64,000 nucleotides of DNA from NCBI GenBank assembly GCA_027604505.1, contig JADIIX010000043.1, positions 62,001 through 126,000 on the forward strand. The letters are read 5' to 3'. This document shows, piece by piece, positions 37,225-51,816 of this stretch (position 1 is the stretch's first letter; every line of letters begins with the position of its first letter). Source of the DNA: Gonapodya sp. JEL0774. Its lineage: Eukaryota. Below the pieces are notes generated by a model, which saw only the letters and a list, made by a program, of their open reading frames with translations, had not been told where the DNA came from and did not search any database. The position numbers and the translations under genes are program-made.

Positions 37225-38932
37225 TCATCCATCTATAATATCGTTGCCGGCTGTCGCATCGCTACTGGCGGCGGATATCATGTCTTTTAACATCCAGCCG
37301 GGAGAAGATTTAGCGTAACGAAGTGGGGAAGTCACCACGGCGTCATATGCACGATCTGGTAGCAAGTACTTGGCAAACCGGAGTGACCAACTGTTAGTGA
37401 CGCACAATATGAGTGATCAACTCCCAAACTTCAATTTTCATGCGAAGTGCATGCTCACGAATCGCCTCCAACCGGGTACCTGACCAGTGGGAACCTAGAT
37501 GTAACTGCATGATCGACCGTCCTGGCTACATAGAATGCGGGGATACCAGTCTGCATAAGATTCTCGTTGAGCTTTCCACCAGCAGCCATCAACCGAATGT
37601 GCGGAAGATATACCGCGCTGAGAGAGTGTTTTGTGAATGGAGAGATAAGGTTAACACCTTTCTTCCAGATCGGAGTCTCGATGGCACCTGTTTGTCGCAT
37701 TTTTAAATATTGGCCACGAAACGATTACAGTTCATGTGAAAACACACCGGGTTCAATAAGCGAAACTGCAACCCCGAGAACCGAAAGCTCGTTTCTGAGA
37801 GCATCGGAGATGGCCTCCACTGCGTGTTTCGAACCAGTATAGATACCACTCAGAGGCGCCGTACCGATTCCCGCAAGACTGCTTATGACAAGTATGCGAC
37901 TTCCTACACCTAGAAACGGCCGGGTGATTAGAGGATTCGTTTGATGTCTGCAAATCACAGTCTTACCATGCCTCCGCAAAAGGGGCAGAAAAGCTTGACA
38001 AGTTTCAATAACTCCAAACACATTTACATCAAAAACTTGACGGTAATCTGAAGAAGGAATCAACTCGATGGGCCCCGCGTGTGGAATACCTACAACAAAT
38101 GCTCAGCACATTCACACGGCCTCACCAGAACCATCAACACTCACCAGCATTCGCAATAAGGCAGTATAGAGTGGAATTGCTCTTCTCCAGACGCTCTTCT
38201 ACGGCCTTTCTGCATTCTTCGATGGTTTCTCGCTTGGTAACGTCCACAATTACCCATTCAATGGAACCTTTTCACACAAAGATGTACAGCCTGTGGACAC
38301 ACGATTCTCAGCATCTCCACTCACCACCAAGTAAAGTTGCACCATGAATCCACCACGTAAAAATTTTCCACCCAATACCAGCATTAGCGGAATTGTTCAC
38401 AATTCTGTCTAGCTGGGGTTGAAGAGCCTCTCCGTCTTGTTGATTCCTTACACCTGCAAAAACACGATAGCCCCTGCGACCACTCTCAAAACAGGGCTAA
38501 AATAAACGCAAGGCATGATATAATACCTCCTAGCAAGCTCCAAGCTGCAAGCCGCTCCTATTCCTAAGGAGATAACATTAATCGGCTGACTGTGTTTTCG
38601 GCAATTGTGGTCTGAGCCATACCAGTGCTTGCACCAGTAACTAGAATCGCAGGACGCTTATCCGAAGGTGCACCCCTTAACGGAATTGACGGATTAAAGT
38701 ATGGCTGAAGTCCGAGGAACCACAAAAGCCCTGCCCAAAGGAAATCAAGCCTCCAGATGAAGGTGTCGTAAAGCCCAAGAAGCACCAAGAATGATAGTGT
38801 TGCTTGTTTCGCAGCTAGACGAGTTGCCTCGATGGCTTGCTTGACCGGATGGAATGGCCGAACATTCGTTTCTTGGAAGTCCTCATTCGTCTCTTTTCTG
38901 GGACGTATGTCCGCCTGCACGAAGGTTTGCAT
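37225..38932 (-). CDS. Short-chain dehydrogenase/reductase (RDH/BDH-like); spliced
   Basis: ILVTGASTG, VFAGVRN, LIANAG, VNVFGVIETCQAFLPLLR, catalytic S..YTGSK, VSLIEPG. Confidence 0.88.
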
Positions 38933-39127
38933 CGCTATGTGTGAGAGATGAGGTACGCGAAGGAGAAACGCTCTGAAAATTTTCGTGTACGAAAGCTTTC
39001 GTGTATAAAAAGCACCAGTCTCTGTTCTCTGAGTGACGTCAGCCCAACCACCATTGGGTACACTACATTGCACCCCTAACAAATCAAATCAAATTTCTGC
39101 CACCAACGAATAAAGATGATGGAACAT

Positions 39128-42100
39128 TCAAGTTGTAATATTAATGTGCGCTAAAGAAATGGAGAGCAATATCCCCCAATCAATTACGGCCTGCCATGCA
39201 GGCGGCTTGATGACTAAACCCGATAGCTGGAGAGGAGAACTGGGTATGCGTAAAAGCATCTGCAGGCAAAACATGTAAAGGTGACAAATGACTGAAGAAA
39301 AGTTGGCGTGACTAGGGCACTCACTGACAATCAACCACACAATAGAAAGGCCCATTGTCGCAAAGAGAGCAAACATTAAACGAGATTTGTGTCGTAGCCT
39401 TTGGGGGAAGGAGCGACGATATTTTGAAGTCATCGGCCTGTCACACGGATAACGTAAACCCACTTCTCTACAGCGACGGCGGTAAGGTACCACCCGCCTG
39501 TCCCGCTTGCAACAGCGATGAGCCCAAAGTAGACGGCGTAGCTCCAATAGAGTCGGCCAACCATAAGATATTGGACTGCATAAAGGGGGAAGGAAGTTTC
39601 ATGCAATTGAACCAGTGCTTGATGCCAAACTGCTGAGGGTATGAACACACTCACAACATATCGCTCCCTGCACAACAAGCATCACCGCACTAGCAAGACC
39701 GGTGGCCCTTGCTGGCTCCGGTTTCTTCATCACACCCACTAAATAAGGTGCTACCAACCAACCGCCGCCTACTCCGACTGATGCCACAACCACACCTGCT
39801 ACAAATGCCAGGGCAGGAACTCCAATGGTATTTTGAAGCGTATCCCACATAAATGGATTCTCCCATGGTTGTTCCAATTCTTGTCGCCGCTTAGCCTCAT
39901 CCAGTGCTGAACTCGAAACAAGCCGGCCATTCACCTGAACATAGGTTTGTGGTACCACGGGTCGGGCCGCACCAGCTTTAGAAGCACCCGCCCGTACCCC
40001 GGTTCCAACCAATCTCCCAGCTTGTTGTCTTGCTGTAGACTTCCCTGTCTTCACCTGCTCTGGAGGTGCGGTCACTGTGTACGCCTTTGGCGTCGCGACT
40101 GCCCTTGCCCTCTCAATCTGCTCCCTCATCACAACCGTATCATCGAGTCCATCTACACCCGTCGCAGTCGTAGATATCGTAGTCATGCGAGCATTCGACG
40201 CAGCAACTTTTTCGAGGCGAATTCGTTGTTTCTCCTCCTCTTCGAAATCCTCCCGGAGCCATGCGCCAATAATAAGGCCAGTACCAAGGAGGACAGCGAT
40301 GGCAAACCTGTGTAATAGATTTTTGAGCGAAAGAGGACGTCGGCGAAAGCCTGCCATTCGATCACCAACTACAAACCCACCATGTCAAGAACCAATACTC
40401 TGCCCCACATGCCTTCCTCACCACGACTTTTTCTGCGGCTGTGAAAAAGCAAATAAAGCAGCTAAACAACACTGGGGGAACGAAATGAGCTGGGTGGGAG
40501 ATGTCGTAGTTGTCGCCGCGGTACTGTGCCGCGCCTGGCGCCGCGGTTATACCTCTACCAGCGCCGGGATACATGTTCATGTTCATGCCGACTGGGACAG
40601 AGGTTGAAAAGGCGTAGGGGTACGGCGGGTAAGTGCCTGGAGTGGACGCTGCGAGAGACAGGGCTATATCTGATCGTGTAGGCCCCGGGCGGGTCACAGA
40701 CAATCCTGTGGTTGTGTTGGCGGCGGGAGTGGTGCCCTTTTTGTCACTTAACTCTCCCACCGTGACCCCGGAATCCACCCGCCTGTCTGCATCTCTGCCA
40801 ACCCCAATTGCCGACCACGCTTTCTTTGCTTCATCTTTTGGCGATTCTGGAGGACTTGGCAGCGACCCTGCTGAGTCCATGCTCGCCCGACCTGCTCCGA
40901 CAGCGCCTCCACCTGCGCGTCGACCCAAAAACGTTCCACGCTCGTCGTCGGATTCGTCCTCCAAGAAGGCATCGTAGACGCCGTCAACGGGCCTAGGTAA
41001 CGCCGTGCCGACGCTTGAAAGAAGCGGAGGAGTGGGGCCAGGAGTGGGCGCAGATGACGCCGAAGCACGACCATTGCCTGCGTTGGCGCGCTCGACTTCC
41101 TCGCTACCATCCTCACTGCTATCCTCCTCACTGCTGCTGTCGTCCTCGCTGCTCTCTATACTGCTCCTACTGCTCTCACTGCTCTCACTGCTGTCCACAA
41201 CAACGAATCCTCTTGCCTTTGCCGGGTCCATCTGCTTGCTGAGCTCTAAATGGTTCACATCGTCCGAATCGTCGTCTTCACTCTCCCTTTCCCACCCGTA
41301 GCCCCTCGTCCTCCCCTGACTTAGCTGCATCCGCATTTTGGCGTGCGGATCCGACTTGCTTTTGAAACTCCTGTTCTTGCTCTTCGTTCCTTTGCTCCCC
41401 TTCTTGGTTCTGCCCTCTTCCAAGTCCGCGTTTTCGTCGTCGTCATCAAGCGTCTTGTATTCACCACCTGAATCCTTCGTCCTGGCTTTGCTTCCCTGGC
41501 GAAAGTAGCGATCGACGGAGAGCCACGCGGGAGCGGGTTGGAGCCACCTTGTACCCTTTTGGTTGGAAGACTTCTTGGTGGTAGAGGACTTCTTTGCCTT
41601 TGACTTGTCGACTTTGAATCCACTTTTCCCCTTGCCTTTCTGAAATTCATCCCTGACCTCTTTTCCAAAACCGACCATATCACTCGGCTTGCCTTTTTTT
41701 GCAACCACCCCCATCTCTCTGCCTCCATCCTCGTCCACACCCGAAATCCACAAGCCCTCTTCAAGGTGGGAGTCAAAAACCTTGCGGACGTCGGTCACGA
41801 GTGCCGCGCGATGGGTTTCGCGCTGCCACACCAGGACAGTTTTGGCAAGGAGGAGGTGAGCGGTGTAGGTGGTTTGGGCGGCAAGGACGAGGCACAGAAT
41901 GTAGGCGGGGGTGACAAGGTTCAGATAGACACCTTTTGAAGGTTGTGAGGCAGTTCTCATTCGGTTAGTGAATCACGCTTGCTTTTACAAGTGCAACCGA
42001 AACCATCGAACAGAAACCCCGAAGGCGACCGCACACATCACCAAGAATGTCCTATCCTCATTCAGTGCTCAGGCTTCCATTTTTCTTTGTTTTCACATCC

Positions 42101-42846
42101 CGACACTGGCTCAAAATCACGGATGGGGCATCTCCAGGAACAGTCAATCCTCCACCTCATGTCACCCATCTTCAATCCTAGCTGCCCTGCACCAACTCAA
42201 GGTCTCTCCTCTGTTGATCTCTCCTGATGTCCGAGTAAAATCCTTGCCTTTTCACACATCACATCGCACAAATGTGACAACCGTGGCAGAAAGATGTGAT
42301 GAACTCACCGAGGATAGAGCCAGCAAGAGCGTAAGGCACGAAAAGAGCGACGGCAGGGGCGTCAACATATTTTCTGTGCAAGATGAGGATGACGAGCGTG
42401 TACTATAGCAAATTGGGAACTGAGTCGTTAAGGATCCGATGTTCTCTGTCCAAGTGAGGCGAGGTGAAGGTTGCTCACCCCAAAAGACATGGCAGATGCG
42501 ATGGGAACGGCGAAGTGGATGTCGACCTGCGGATTCACCAAGCGGGCAATCCAGAGAATAGCAGGAGTGAATGACCAGAGTTTGAACTCACGGCGAGGAA
42601 AATGAGCAGCAGGGGAACAAAAAGAGCCGCACCACCAATACCACCAGTCATAGCCAGCTGTCGGTTGGTGGGTAATACAAGTTGAGGGAGAGAATAGCAT
42701 TGTGGGGTGGTGCTTTAGATGCAATTTGTCAAACCTGCGTATCACCATTGACTTACCAGGGTTCCTCCTGCCAGAAACACGGATGATAGAAGCATCCCGA
42801 TGGATAGCGAGAGTTTCGGCAATCCGGCAGCAACAACTGAAGCCAT
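39128..42846 (-). CDS. TauE/SafE (sulfite exporter)-like membrane protein with a long disordered central insert; spliced
   Basis: Two TauE-like halves, LAMTGGIGGAALFVPLL..AVPIASAMSFG and AGVVVASVGVGGGWLVAPYL..ATGLAS, separated by long charged and Ser-rich ORFs. Confidence 0.6.
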
Positions 42847-43504
42847 GCCTGCGTTTGAGATAGGGTCTGACTGATCCTCCTTCCTCGAAGACTTCTCGTC
42901 TCGGCTGCGAATCCGTGAGTGGTGTTAAACTTCCAAAGATTGTTGGGGGCTCTGCTTCCTGCGATTCCCGAAACGACTATTATATTATGTGCCCCGGTGG
43001 TATCTGGATGGTGGTGGCGGTGATGTTCACTGGACTGCAAGTATATTACCAATGAACGTAATAAACACAGGCACCCATTCTTTCTTCCCCGGTATACCCT
43101 TTCGTCTTTCACCAGTGGTAAAACTGCTAATAATAGCTACCGAATCCCTTTTGACCGCAACGGAACAGAGGACGAACGCACATTGTGATGAAGCAAGAAG
43201 GGGAGTGCAGTAGTTATAGAAGTGAAAAGAAGAAATCAGTAATGTAAAGATAACGTGCGCTTTGCGTTGTGGGAGTTGATTCTGCAATTTGTTGACATCC
43301 AGTACCAAAGGAACTTGTTCACATCCCACCAGCTCAGAGAACAACCCGTTTGTAGAGCTCATTTTCTGGAGATGTATGTTAGTTATAATTAATACTTGTG
43401 AGTTCATGGGTCGCGCATGACTCATCCTGTGTCTCGATTCTCATGGTTACTGGACGCAGTATTCTATTTGGCGTGATTATGTAACCTCTGCTCACAACTC
43501 CATC

Positions 43505-44965
43505 TTACTCAAGCGTATCCAGCTCGGGATCTAAACGAAAGACGAAGAAGACCAAAGTTGAGTGGTGAGGTAATGATGCAGGAAGAAGATAGAGTGACAA
43601 TCCTTCCCAAAGAAACCACCCCTCCTGCCCACCGTTTCAAACCCACATTTTCTGAACACTCCCGTCTCATTGAATTTCTGACACCTGTCAGACTCGCGAT
43701 AGGCTTTGATCCTCGGTCGAGAGAGAACAAGATCTCGAAGCGCTATCAAGCGAGGGGTAGATCGGGTGGCGATGGCGAAAGCTCGAGGGAACGCATATTC
43801 TCAAAGGTCATGTGGTGTGGGATGTGCGCATTCCAGGACATCGAATTCAGTTTGCTGACACCATCCACAGCACCCAAAACTCACCCAGTCCCAACAAAGT
43901 ATGTGCTATCGACAAATCCACATGACTGAACCTCTTGTCACTGCCCAACATGTAGGGTCCTCCACTCCACTCGATCTGCCTCTCCCAAAATCCAAGAAAC
44001 TTCGGGATCCTTTGCTCCCGAAAAATTGCGGAACGCTTCTTGGCTTCGGAGACTTGATCTTCATAGTAGAGGGAGGTAGCGATGGGGTGGTGGGTGTCGT
44101 GGACTGGGGTGGGCGGGATTTCAATGTGAGGCGAGGAGGTGACGAAGGGAGAGTCAGGATTCCCACACTAAATTTACCATCAGCAAGAGAACAAAGCATC
44201 CCTACTCACCCTCGGTCACAAAATCGGTCACCAGACACTGCAACTGATTCGCTTTCTCAGCCCATGCTTCGGCAGGGTCTGTCTCTGGCAAGAGCACTCC
44301 AGGATGTCGTTTTGAGAGATACAGGAGGATGTTCGAAGTTTGGAAGAGGAGATGGCCGTCAATGAGGAGGGCCGGTGGGGCGAAGACGGGTGCATTGGGA
44401 GGAATGCCGTTCTGCGGGGGTTCAGTGGGCAAGGGGCGGGGTGGTGGGGGTTGGGAGTTAGAGGGACGGGAGCGAGGAGAGGAGGTGGAGGAGAAGGACA
44501 GGACAAAGTGAGGCAAGGGAATAAAGGACGAGAGGCGGAGATGCAGAGCACGCTGTGACAATGGAGGTGCCATTTGACTGGATGGTTGACGTGTGCGCAT
44601 CAGTTTGGACGGTGGTCGTTAAACTCACGACACGGGAAAGGCAATGGGAGGATAGGAAAAACTCACTGTTTTTCTAAGGCAGACGCTCAACTCGTTACGA
44701 TGCCGATCCATGTGAAGACGCAACTTTGTACATCGTAAGAAGCATCCCCAGCCGACAGAGCGATCAAGACGAGAACTCATTCATTCATTCTGGACTTTAC
44801 CTTGAGCAAATCGAAAATGGCCGGTTCTCCCCCACCATTTTCAGTTGGTTGGAGAGCTGTGTCTGTATATGACACACCTGCCTCCTCCAATGCTAGTCGA
44901 ATGTACTCGCCTCTTCCAGGAAGTCCAGGCCAGTAGTATAGAATAGTATCGCGTGAGCCTGTCAT
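43505..44965 (-). CDS. Glutathione S-transferase; spliced
   Basis: LYYWPGLPGRGEYIRLALEEAG, FAPPAL..QTSNILLYL, HDTHHPIATSLYYEDQ, RIPKFL, RPRIKAYRES. Confidence 0.88.
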
Positions 44966-45155
44966 TGTAGAGGACTCAGTTTGGGAACAAAATGGCCGGA
45001 GCGGGTTTATGGATTAGCCGACTGTGGTCATCATGGGGAGCGCTGCTCAACTGATCGGCTAGGGAAAGACTTACTATTTTTAGTACATTTTAGTCTTCTT
45101 TTCGTCCCATTTCCTGGCCATTCTTTAATCGTATTTTCTCTTGCATTTTCGTGAG

Positions 45156-47492
45156 ATGCGCGTCGGGGTCTTTGCATCGGGCGTTCTACTCCTGCTGCTG
45201 GTCTCCATTGGGTCTGCGACCGACCTTCAACTTCCTCTGGTTTCGTCTACGCATCAGAAACAGGACTTGGACTCACTGAACCAAATCAACCAAATCAACT
45301 TGCTGCCGAATTCACACTCCTTAGCTCACACACTCTCTCACACCAACGTGCTGCGATGTCGTTTACCACAATTACACGAGACTCCACTCGACATGTCCTC
45401 TCTTGCTGATGAACTCGACTTGGACATTTGGGCACTGGGTCGTTCCCCAGATGCCCCCACGATTGACGTGGGCATTCGAAATACTCCCGAAGCACTGAGG
45501 AACTTGCGCTCACGTCTTCCAGACTGCTCCACTTTGATACGTGACGTCAAAACACTGATTGCTGAGGAGCAAATTGCCATGGCTGCCGTGACCGACATAT
45601 CGGCGGGCAGATTCTTCGACACCTATCACCCTTATAGTGGTATCGTCTCATTTCTCTCGGAGCTCCACAACGCCTACCCGCGCCTTGTTCCCGTCTTCAA
45701 CACCTCGATCGGCGTCTCAATTGAGGGGAGAAGTCTCGTGGCGATGCACATCACAAGCATCAACTCCACGAGGAACGAGAAACCCGTCGTTGTGTGAGTA
45801 AATGGTCCGGAGAGATGTCATGTGGACTATAACAGAAGGAAAGATTATATCCTGGATCCCTTGACTCGTCACGGCGAGTTAGCTGTCGGTGGAGTAGAAA
45901 CCACGAATAGAGGGAACCTTGCGCACCCGCGGCAGGACCACATATAGAACAACCTGCCTTCGTTTTTCTGATCAGGTTCATTTTTTTTTTTTTTTTTTTT
46001 GTGCGCTCTCCCTCCAAAGCCTCACCGCCGGCATACACGCTCGCGAATGGATTGCACCATCTTCTTGCCTTTACATCGTCGCGGAGTTACTGACACGGGT
46101 GAGGGCAGGACGTATAGGCGTTAAAAGAAGTGGGGTGGCTGATGAATTGAAGTGATGTTTCGAGGGGGAAGCCGAAACAAACTGAAGCGCACTTGGTGTC
46201 GCTGATCTGTGTTCGAATATCTTATCCTCATCCACCCCGCTTTTTGTCGTCCGCTAACCTCAGTATGGCTCAGACCCCACTGCCACCAGTATCCTTGACT
46301 CAGTAGAGTTTGTTGGTGCGTACCCCACGAAGCTGTCCAGAACCTAATCTCTCTCGACTCCACGGCTCTCACTCCACCGCACCCTCTGACCTTGAAAAAG
46401 TGATCCCCTCGCTGAATCCAGATGGATACGAATATTCGAGAGATGTGGACCGGATGGTATGCCGTGACATGATGTTTCTGACGCTCTCTCACGATCCATT
46501 GACACCTTTTGATACCGGGAACATGTCAGTGGCGTAAAAATCGTCGTCGGAACTCAGACGGATTCTCTCACGGGGTGGACTTGAATCGCAATTTTGGTAT
46601 GTGCGTCTGGAGGTGGTCCCACGCAACACTACTTGTGTGTGCATATTATGCCATCCACATGTCACTCGTCCCTCGCCCACTGTACCAAACCCGCAGACGA
46701 CCATTGGGGATTCCCTGGTGCTTCAAGTATCCCCTCGAGTGGAACATACCGCGGAACTAGGGTTGCCTCGGAGCCCGAAACACAAACGGTGCAAAACTAC
46801 TTGCTCCGTGTGAAATCTGCGGGAAGAAATGTTATTGCTGGTATAGATTTGCATAGTTATGGTCAGGTACGTACGAGAAGGAGATGGCGCAATGCTACAG
46901 ATCATCCAACTTTCTTCATCATTGGTGACACCACTCATTTACAAATACCTTCTATCTAAACATTTAAACAAGGACATCCTTCGCTCGTGGGGATGGACTA
47001 CTGCCGATTCATCCAACGAAAAGATCCTCGCCGCTCTCGGTGACCGGATGTCACAGGCATCACTCGCTGTGCCACGCGGCCCGGGGGAAGGTAAATCTGT
47101 CAAGTACGCAAGTTTCAAGGCCTGTAATTTGTATGTGACAAGTGGGAGCACTGGTAAGCTGGTTGGGTCATTTTCTTTTGTGGGGTCATCATTGTTTAGG
47201 TGATATATGTTTTTCACACGGCGTTGGAACCACAGATGATTGGTACACAAGCCACCTTGGCGCGACGGGATGGACTGTGGAACTACGAGACAAGGGTGCC
47301 CGAGGATTTGTGCTGCCGCCAAGTTTCATCGTGCCTGTTGGCATCGGTGAGTGTCATGTGATGATTTTTTGCAAAGGCATCACTCACGATCACATGGGTT
47401 TGTGGTGTGGACACACAGAAGCTTATGCGATGATTGTGGCGCTTGTTGAGGGTATCTTAGACATTCCGGGGGGCATACCACCAAACAAGTGA
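45156..47492 (+). CDS. Secreted zinc carboxypeptidase (M14A) with signal peptide and prodomain; spliced
   Basis: Hydrophobic N-terminus, then GIHAREWI, NPDGY, WRKNR, GVDLNRNF, DLHSYGQ, GSTDDW, VELRD. Confidence 0.93.
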
Positions 47493-47680
47493 TGGTCTGC
47501 ACACGGCAAGTGAATTCCTGAAGAAATGGTGATTGAACCAGCATGAAATCCAGAAATAACGAGTGTGCTATAGTTCTATTACAAGAAGCAGTTTACGAAC
47601 GATGTTCAATTACAGTTGTTTGTAATAACGGAGGGAGGTACATCCTTCCCGGGACTCTGACGGTCGAGACCACCGCCACC

Positions 47681-49857
47681 TCACACCGCCTTGCACTGCT
47701 CCCCAATCCACCGATGCCGTCCCGCACTCTTCCCTTTCCCCTCAGAACCTACCCCACCACTTGCCCCACCACTCCACATTGAGTCTACAATCTCCAGACT
47801 GGCACCCAAACACCATCCCATTTCTACACCGTCGACCTTTTTGATGACGCGGATAGTTCGGTCAGAGGGTACGTCGTACCCCTTGTGGAGGAGTGCGTAC
47901 ATGTAGGTCATATCCATACAAAAGTGGGGATTTTTGCGGGCAAGAGCGCGAATGGGAAGCAGCTCTCGCGATGCTGAAGCACCGTTGGAACGGTTGACCT
48001 CTGCGTCTTCGTCATACCCGCACACGTCCCTCGACCATCGCTCCACATCGGCCACAGTGACACGCTCCCCTAAATCAAGTTTCTCGAACCTGTCGTAGAA
48101 GAAAGAGATGGCGACAACTTCGCCAGGGAAGGACTCGCGGATTTTCGGCATGTACACGCCGTCAAAGGAGCAAGGGTGGACGGGGCATTCCTCATCCTTG
48201 TTGAACAGGCCAGAGTGCTGGGTCGTGCGAGCGAGACAGCGGTCAAAGTCAGAGAGGGCCACGGTGGTGTCGTCGGTCGTGGCGCTTTCACTGCCCTCGG
48301 GAAGTTCGAGGTCGTCAAATGCATGCGCGGGAAGACAGCCGGCAGCCTTATCAGAACCGGCGGCGATTTTTGTCCGAGCTTCCATCAGTCCGTATCCCAG
48401 ATATGAATGCTGGTAGAGCTCATAGCGACGACCACCAAACAGTATTTCAGCGCGATGATCGCGTGCGGCGGGGTGAGTGTCCGGGAAAGAAGGGTTGGGC
48501 TCGAAAACAATCTGCGTGGAGCCGCCTCCGAGGTCCATTATAGCAACTGTTGCAATTTCAAAAGTTAAACATTTCCGTCCGCAGTTTCGGAGACCGTCAA
48601 GTACGAACCAGTTTGTTGCCCAGATGTCTCGGCTCCTATCCGCTTCATAAGATAGTTGACAGTCACCCAAGCAAACACCCCTGCCACACAGGCCTCTTTG
48701 GCAATGACCTTTTGTTGTACTGAGAGAAACACACATACCTTCATCCTTTCCATCCATGACCTCCACACCCTCGTCCCCTTCCAGTACTTTAAACGGGAAC
48801 TCCAGTTCGAGCCTGTTCCGTACCTCCCTTAAAATGGCGTCGCTCTTCTCAGGTCCAAGCTTCCTGAGCCCGGCAGTAGCCTTCACCGCAACAGGCGTAC
48901 ACCCTGCCACCTCTTTGGGTACAACGTCCATCGCCGCCTCGAGAAGGTTATCAAGGCTTCGTGCAGCCCGGGCGGGGTCATCAGGGTACGCGGACAGGCC
49001 CGGTTCCACATGCATGAAGAACTCCTCTTCGAGTGTCGGGTCGAGTTTGCAGAAGTTGAAACGGTACACGTGAATGCGGGAGCCAGTGGAGCCAGCATCG
49101 AGCATCAGGACGTGTTGGACGAGAGGAAGGTGGGGTGCGGCGGGGATGGTGCAGTGGGGTGTGGTCATTGTTGGAAGGAACGGTTTCCCTGGAGGAGAAA
49201 GAGCGATAGAGTGAGACAAAAGTGATTCAACTCAGGTGCTTGGCTCTCCGAAGGGCGACCAGGAGCGTCTATTTGCGTGCCAAAAATCTCCGGTAACACT
49301 TCAGAAGACATTGTCATTCGCGATCACAGTCATTCTTCAAGAGAACTACGATATTGACATCAACATTCACTTTGACATTGTCGAGCATTTTCAAGCGTGT
49401 ACACTGTATCCCAGAGATCCAAAACTAGTCGGCCATTCAAACTCCTCCCTTTCTCCGACTCACCTGACGCTCCCATCCTTACTGTCCTCGATCCATTCCA
49501 GCTCCAGATGCTGACCTCTGTTACGAAGAGCCATCCTAGACCGATGAGGGCCGCGACGGTCGCGAGTAATCGGGGCCCCGACGAGAATCGTCGAAAGAAC
49601 CACCCGAGCCATGCCACAAGCTGGACCATCAACAAGTCCTTCTGTCCGACACTCTTCTCGTCTTTTTCTTTTGGTACAGAGATGAAGAAAACCCCGTTGG
49701 TGTTCATGACGGCGGGGGGCCGTAACGAGCTATTCGATTGAGTTTCAGGAGTATTCGTCCCGGATACCGGATGCGTTGTGTCCCGATTGCTACGTGGTTC
49801 CGTTTGTACGTCTTGTGTTGGGATCATTACCCCATGAACCCTAGCTGTGACATCCAC
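47681..49857 (-). CDS. GDA1: GDA1/CD39 nucleoside diphosphatase (Golgi GDPase); spliced
   Basis: N-terminal TM segment and apyrase regions DAGSTGSRIHVY, KATAGLR, MDGKDEG/VFAWVTVNYL, DLGGGSTQ, GWCLG. Confidence 0.92.
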
Positions 49858-50016
49858 AGGTGGTGTTCAGTGGGAACTGGTGGAGAGCCACGCAAACTGA
49901 CGTCTGTTGAAGTTCGGACATTGTACAGCAAATAACAATACAACAGGTCCTTCCGTGATCTATTCCATTGGTTAATTTAGATTCAGATGAGATACAATTC
50001 AGATGAAATACAGCGG

Positions 50017-50918
50017 CTACTTCAACTTAAATTCTACAAGTTTGCCCGCTGCAACATCCCCAGCGCTCTTGATCGCAAACTGTACCACTTCATTCCACCC
50101 TTTCTCATCCTTGGACGTAATCACATCGGTAGGAATCCATTCAAACACTGCCATAGACGCCCGATATCCTTGGCGTGCCTCGACCACTGCCGTGGAAGAA
50201 CAAGAACCTGAATAGTCAACTCCGAGTGGAAAGTGGATACCATAACCATGTCATGTCTCTCACACTGATTTAATTCATCCATGCGTTGACCTGCCTCAGA
50301 CTCAAAATTGTATTAAAGAAGTTTTTGGGAGAATGTGTGGAGAATTCACCTGTTACGATAGCATTCCTAATTTGCTTTTCGTCTACCCGTTTCCCGTCGC
50401 TCGAGCATTTGGCAAGCACTCCGTATGTCTCTCGCAATGAAGCACTAGTCTGAAGTCCCACCTTGCCGACCTCCAGCATGAGGCTTAAAGTGACTTTCTC
50501 TGTGACAGACAGCCGTATTCCCTTCTGTTTGAATATTTCGTCCGCCACCAGAGTTCGAACAAATGCAACTGCGCAAGAAGTTGTGTGAGTAGATTAAGTG
50601 TTGAGATGCCGCTGCTGAATATCTGAGACGCAACGAACTGCATTTCAGAGCGTAGTCTTTCCGAGCCTGCCCCTTGTCTGGTGCATTCAAAGACAAAGAA
50701 CTTCCAGAGTTTTGTCTGCTTTGAGAGCCCGAGGGCAGCTGAAGAGAGGCAGAAGAGCTTTTGCGAAACATTAAAGTGGACTTTGGAAGAGAAGTGGAGC
50801 TATGGGAAGAATGAGGCGAAGGGGCTGTGTGGCCACTGATCGCTTTGGTCACATGGCCATTGAATGCTCTTCTCCTAATACCGCAATCCGACAGGACTCT
50901 CAAGCGCAATGACGACAT
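50017..50918 (-). CDS. Hypothetical protein; spliced, exon structure uncertain
   Basis: Protein-like segments separated by GT-AG introns (VADEIFKQKGIRL..; AVFEWIPTDV..KGWNEVV). No family was recognised. Confidence 0.4.
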
Positions 50919-51041
50919 CCCCAGGTTCGTCAATCCCCATTCTCCAGTTCTATTGCTCTATTGTCCACACTCCATGACTCGTTTTCCTTGTCGACTTTAC
51001 CTCCTTGGAACTCTTGGTGTTCCCCCCCGTCTCCAATCAAT

Positions 51042-51590
51042 ATGAACCTTCCGCAGTTGTCGACCGTGTCAACTTTTTGAAGGTCGCAAGCATCTTTGGT
51101 ATCTCAGCTGTTATGCTTGGTGGGTTTGATTCATTTTCCGGAGTATCGGGGCGTTGAGAGTGATTCGGTTTCCACAGGCGCGTTCGGAGCACATGGCCTT
51201 AAAGCCACTCTGGCAAGACATCCTGATGGTATCGCAAAACTTAAAAACTGGGATACTGCAGCACATTACCATCTCATTCACTCTGCCGCCATTCTCGCAT
51301 TGGGATTCAAGCAGACGTCACAACCTGGTGTACCACTGAACAAATACTTTCATTGGGCCGGATTATTGTGGGCGGGAGGGATCACACTGTTCTCAGGTAG
51401 CATCTATTTACTGGTACTGGATATGGAGAAAAAGTGAGTGCTATTGGGAATTCTTGTAACACTGCCACCGCAGACGTCCCAAATGATGACTCCCAACTGC
51501 AGGTACTCAAGACCGCTGGGCCCCATAACTCCGATAGGAGGGTCACTTTTCATTGCAGGCTGGGCGTGTATATATTTTGGAAGTACATAA
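51042..51590 (+). CDS. DUF423/TMEM256-family small membrane protein; spliced
   Basis: GISAVMLG/AFGAHGL, WDTAAHYHLIHS, GITLFSGSIYLL, LGPITPIGG. Confidence 0.9.
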
Positions 51591-51816
51591 ACTGAATCCA
51601 TTTTCTCTGTGTAATGTAACATCCAACAACATGTTCTCGCGCACTATCAACCACGGCTGTTCCTTACTGCTCTCCCTCGTTAATCTGTCGAGACCTATCA
51701 TGAGCTTTTCGGGGGTAAGAATTCGAATTATCCTCTGTGGCCTCCAGAAGAATGGACTGGGAGCTTTCTGCTTCTTGCCCCGCTACTTTCTTTCTCCCAT
51801 CGTCTCTTGCTTGAAG

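Noticed and set aside
41100..41195. CTGCT/CTCACTG-type short repeats
   Set aside because: They simply encode the Ser/Glu/Asp low-complexity loop of the TauE-like protein.
46289..46300. GTATCCTT, a U12-type donor consensus (also near 24232)
   Set aside because: Both lie inside coherent coding exons (ATSILDS and DCILS).
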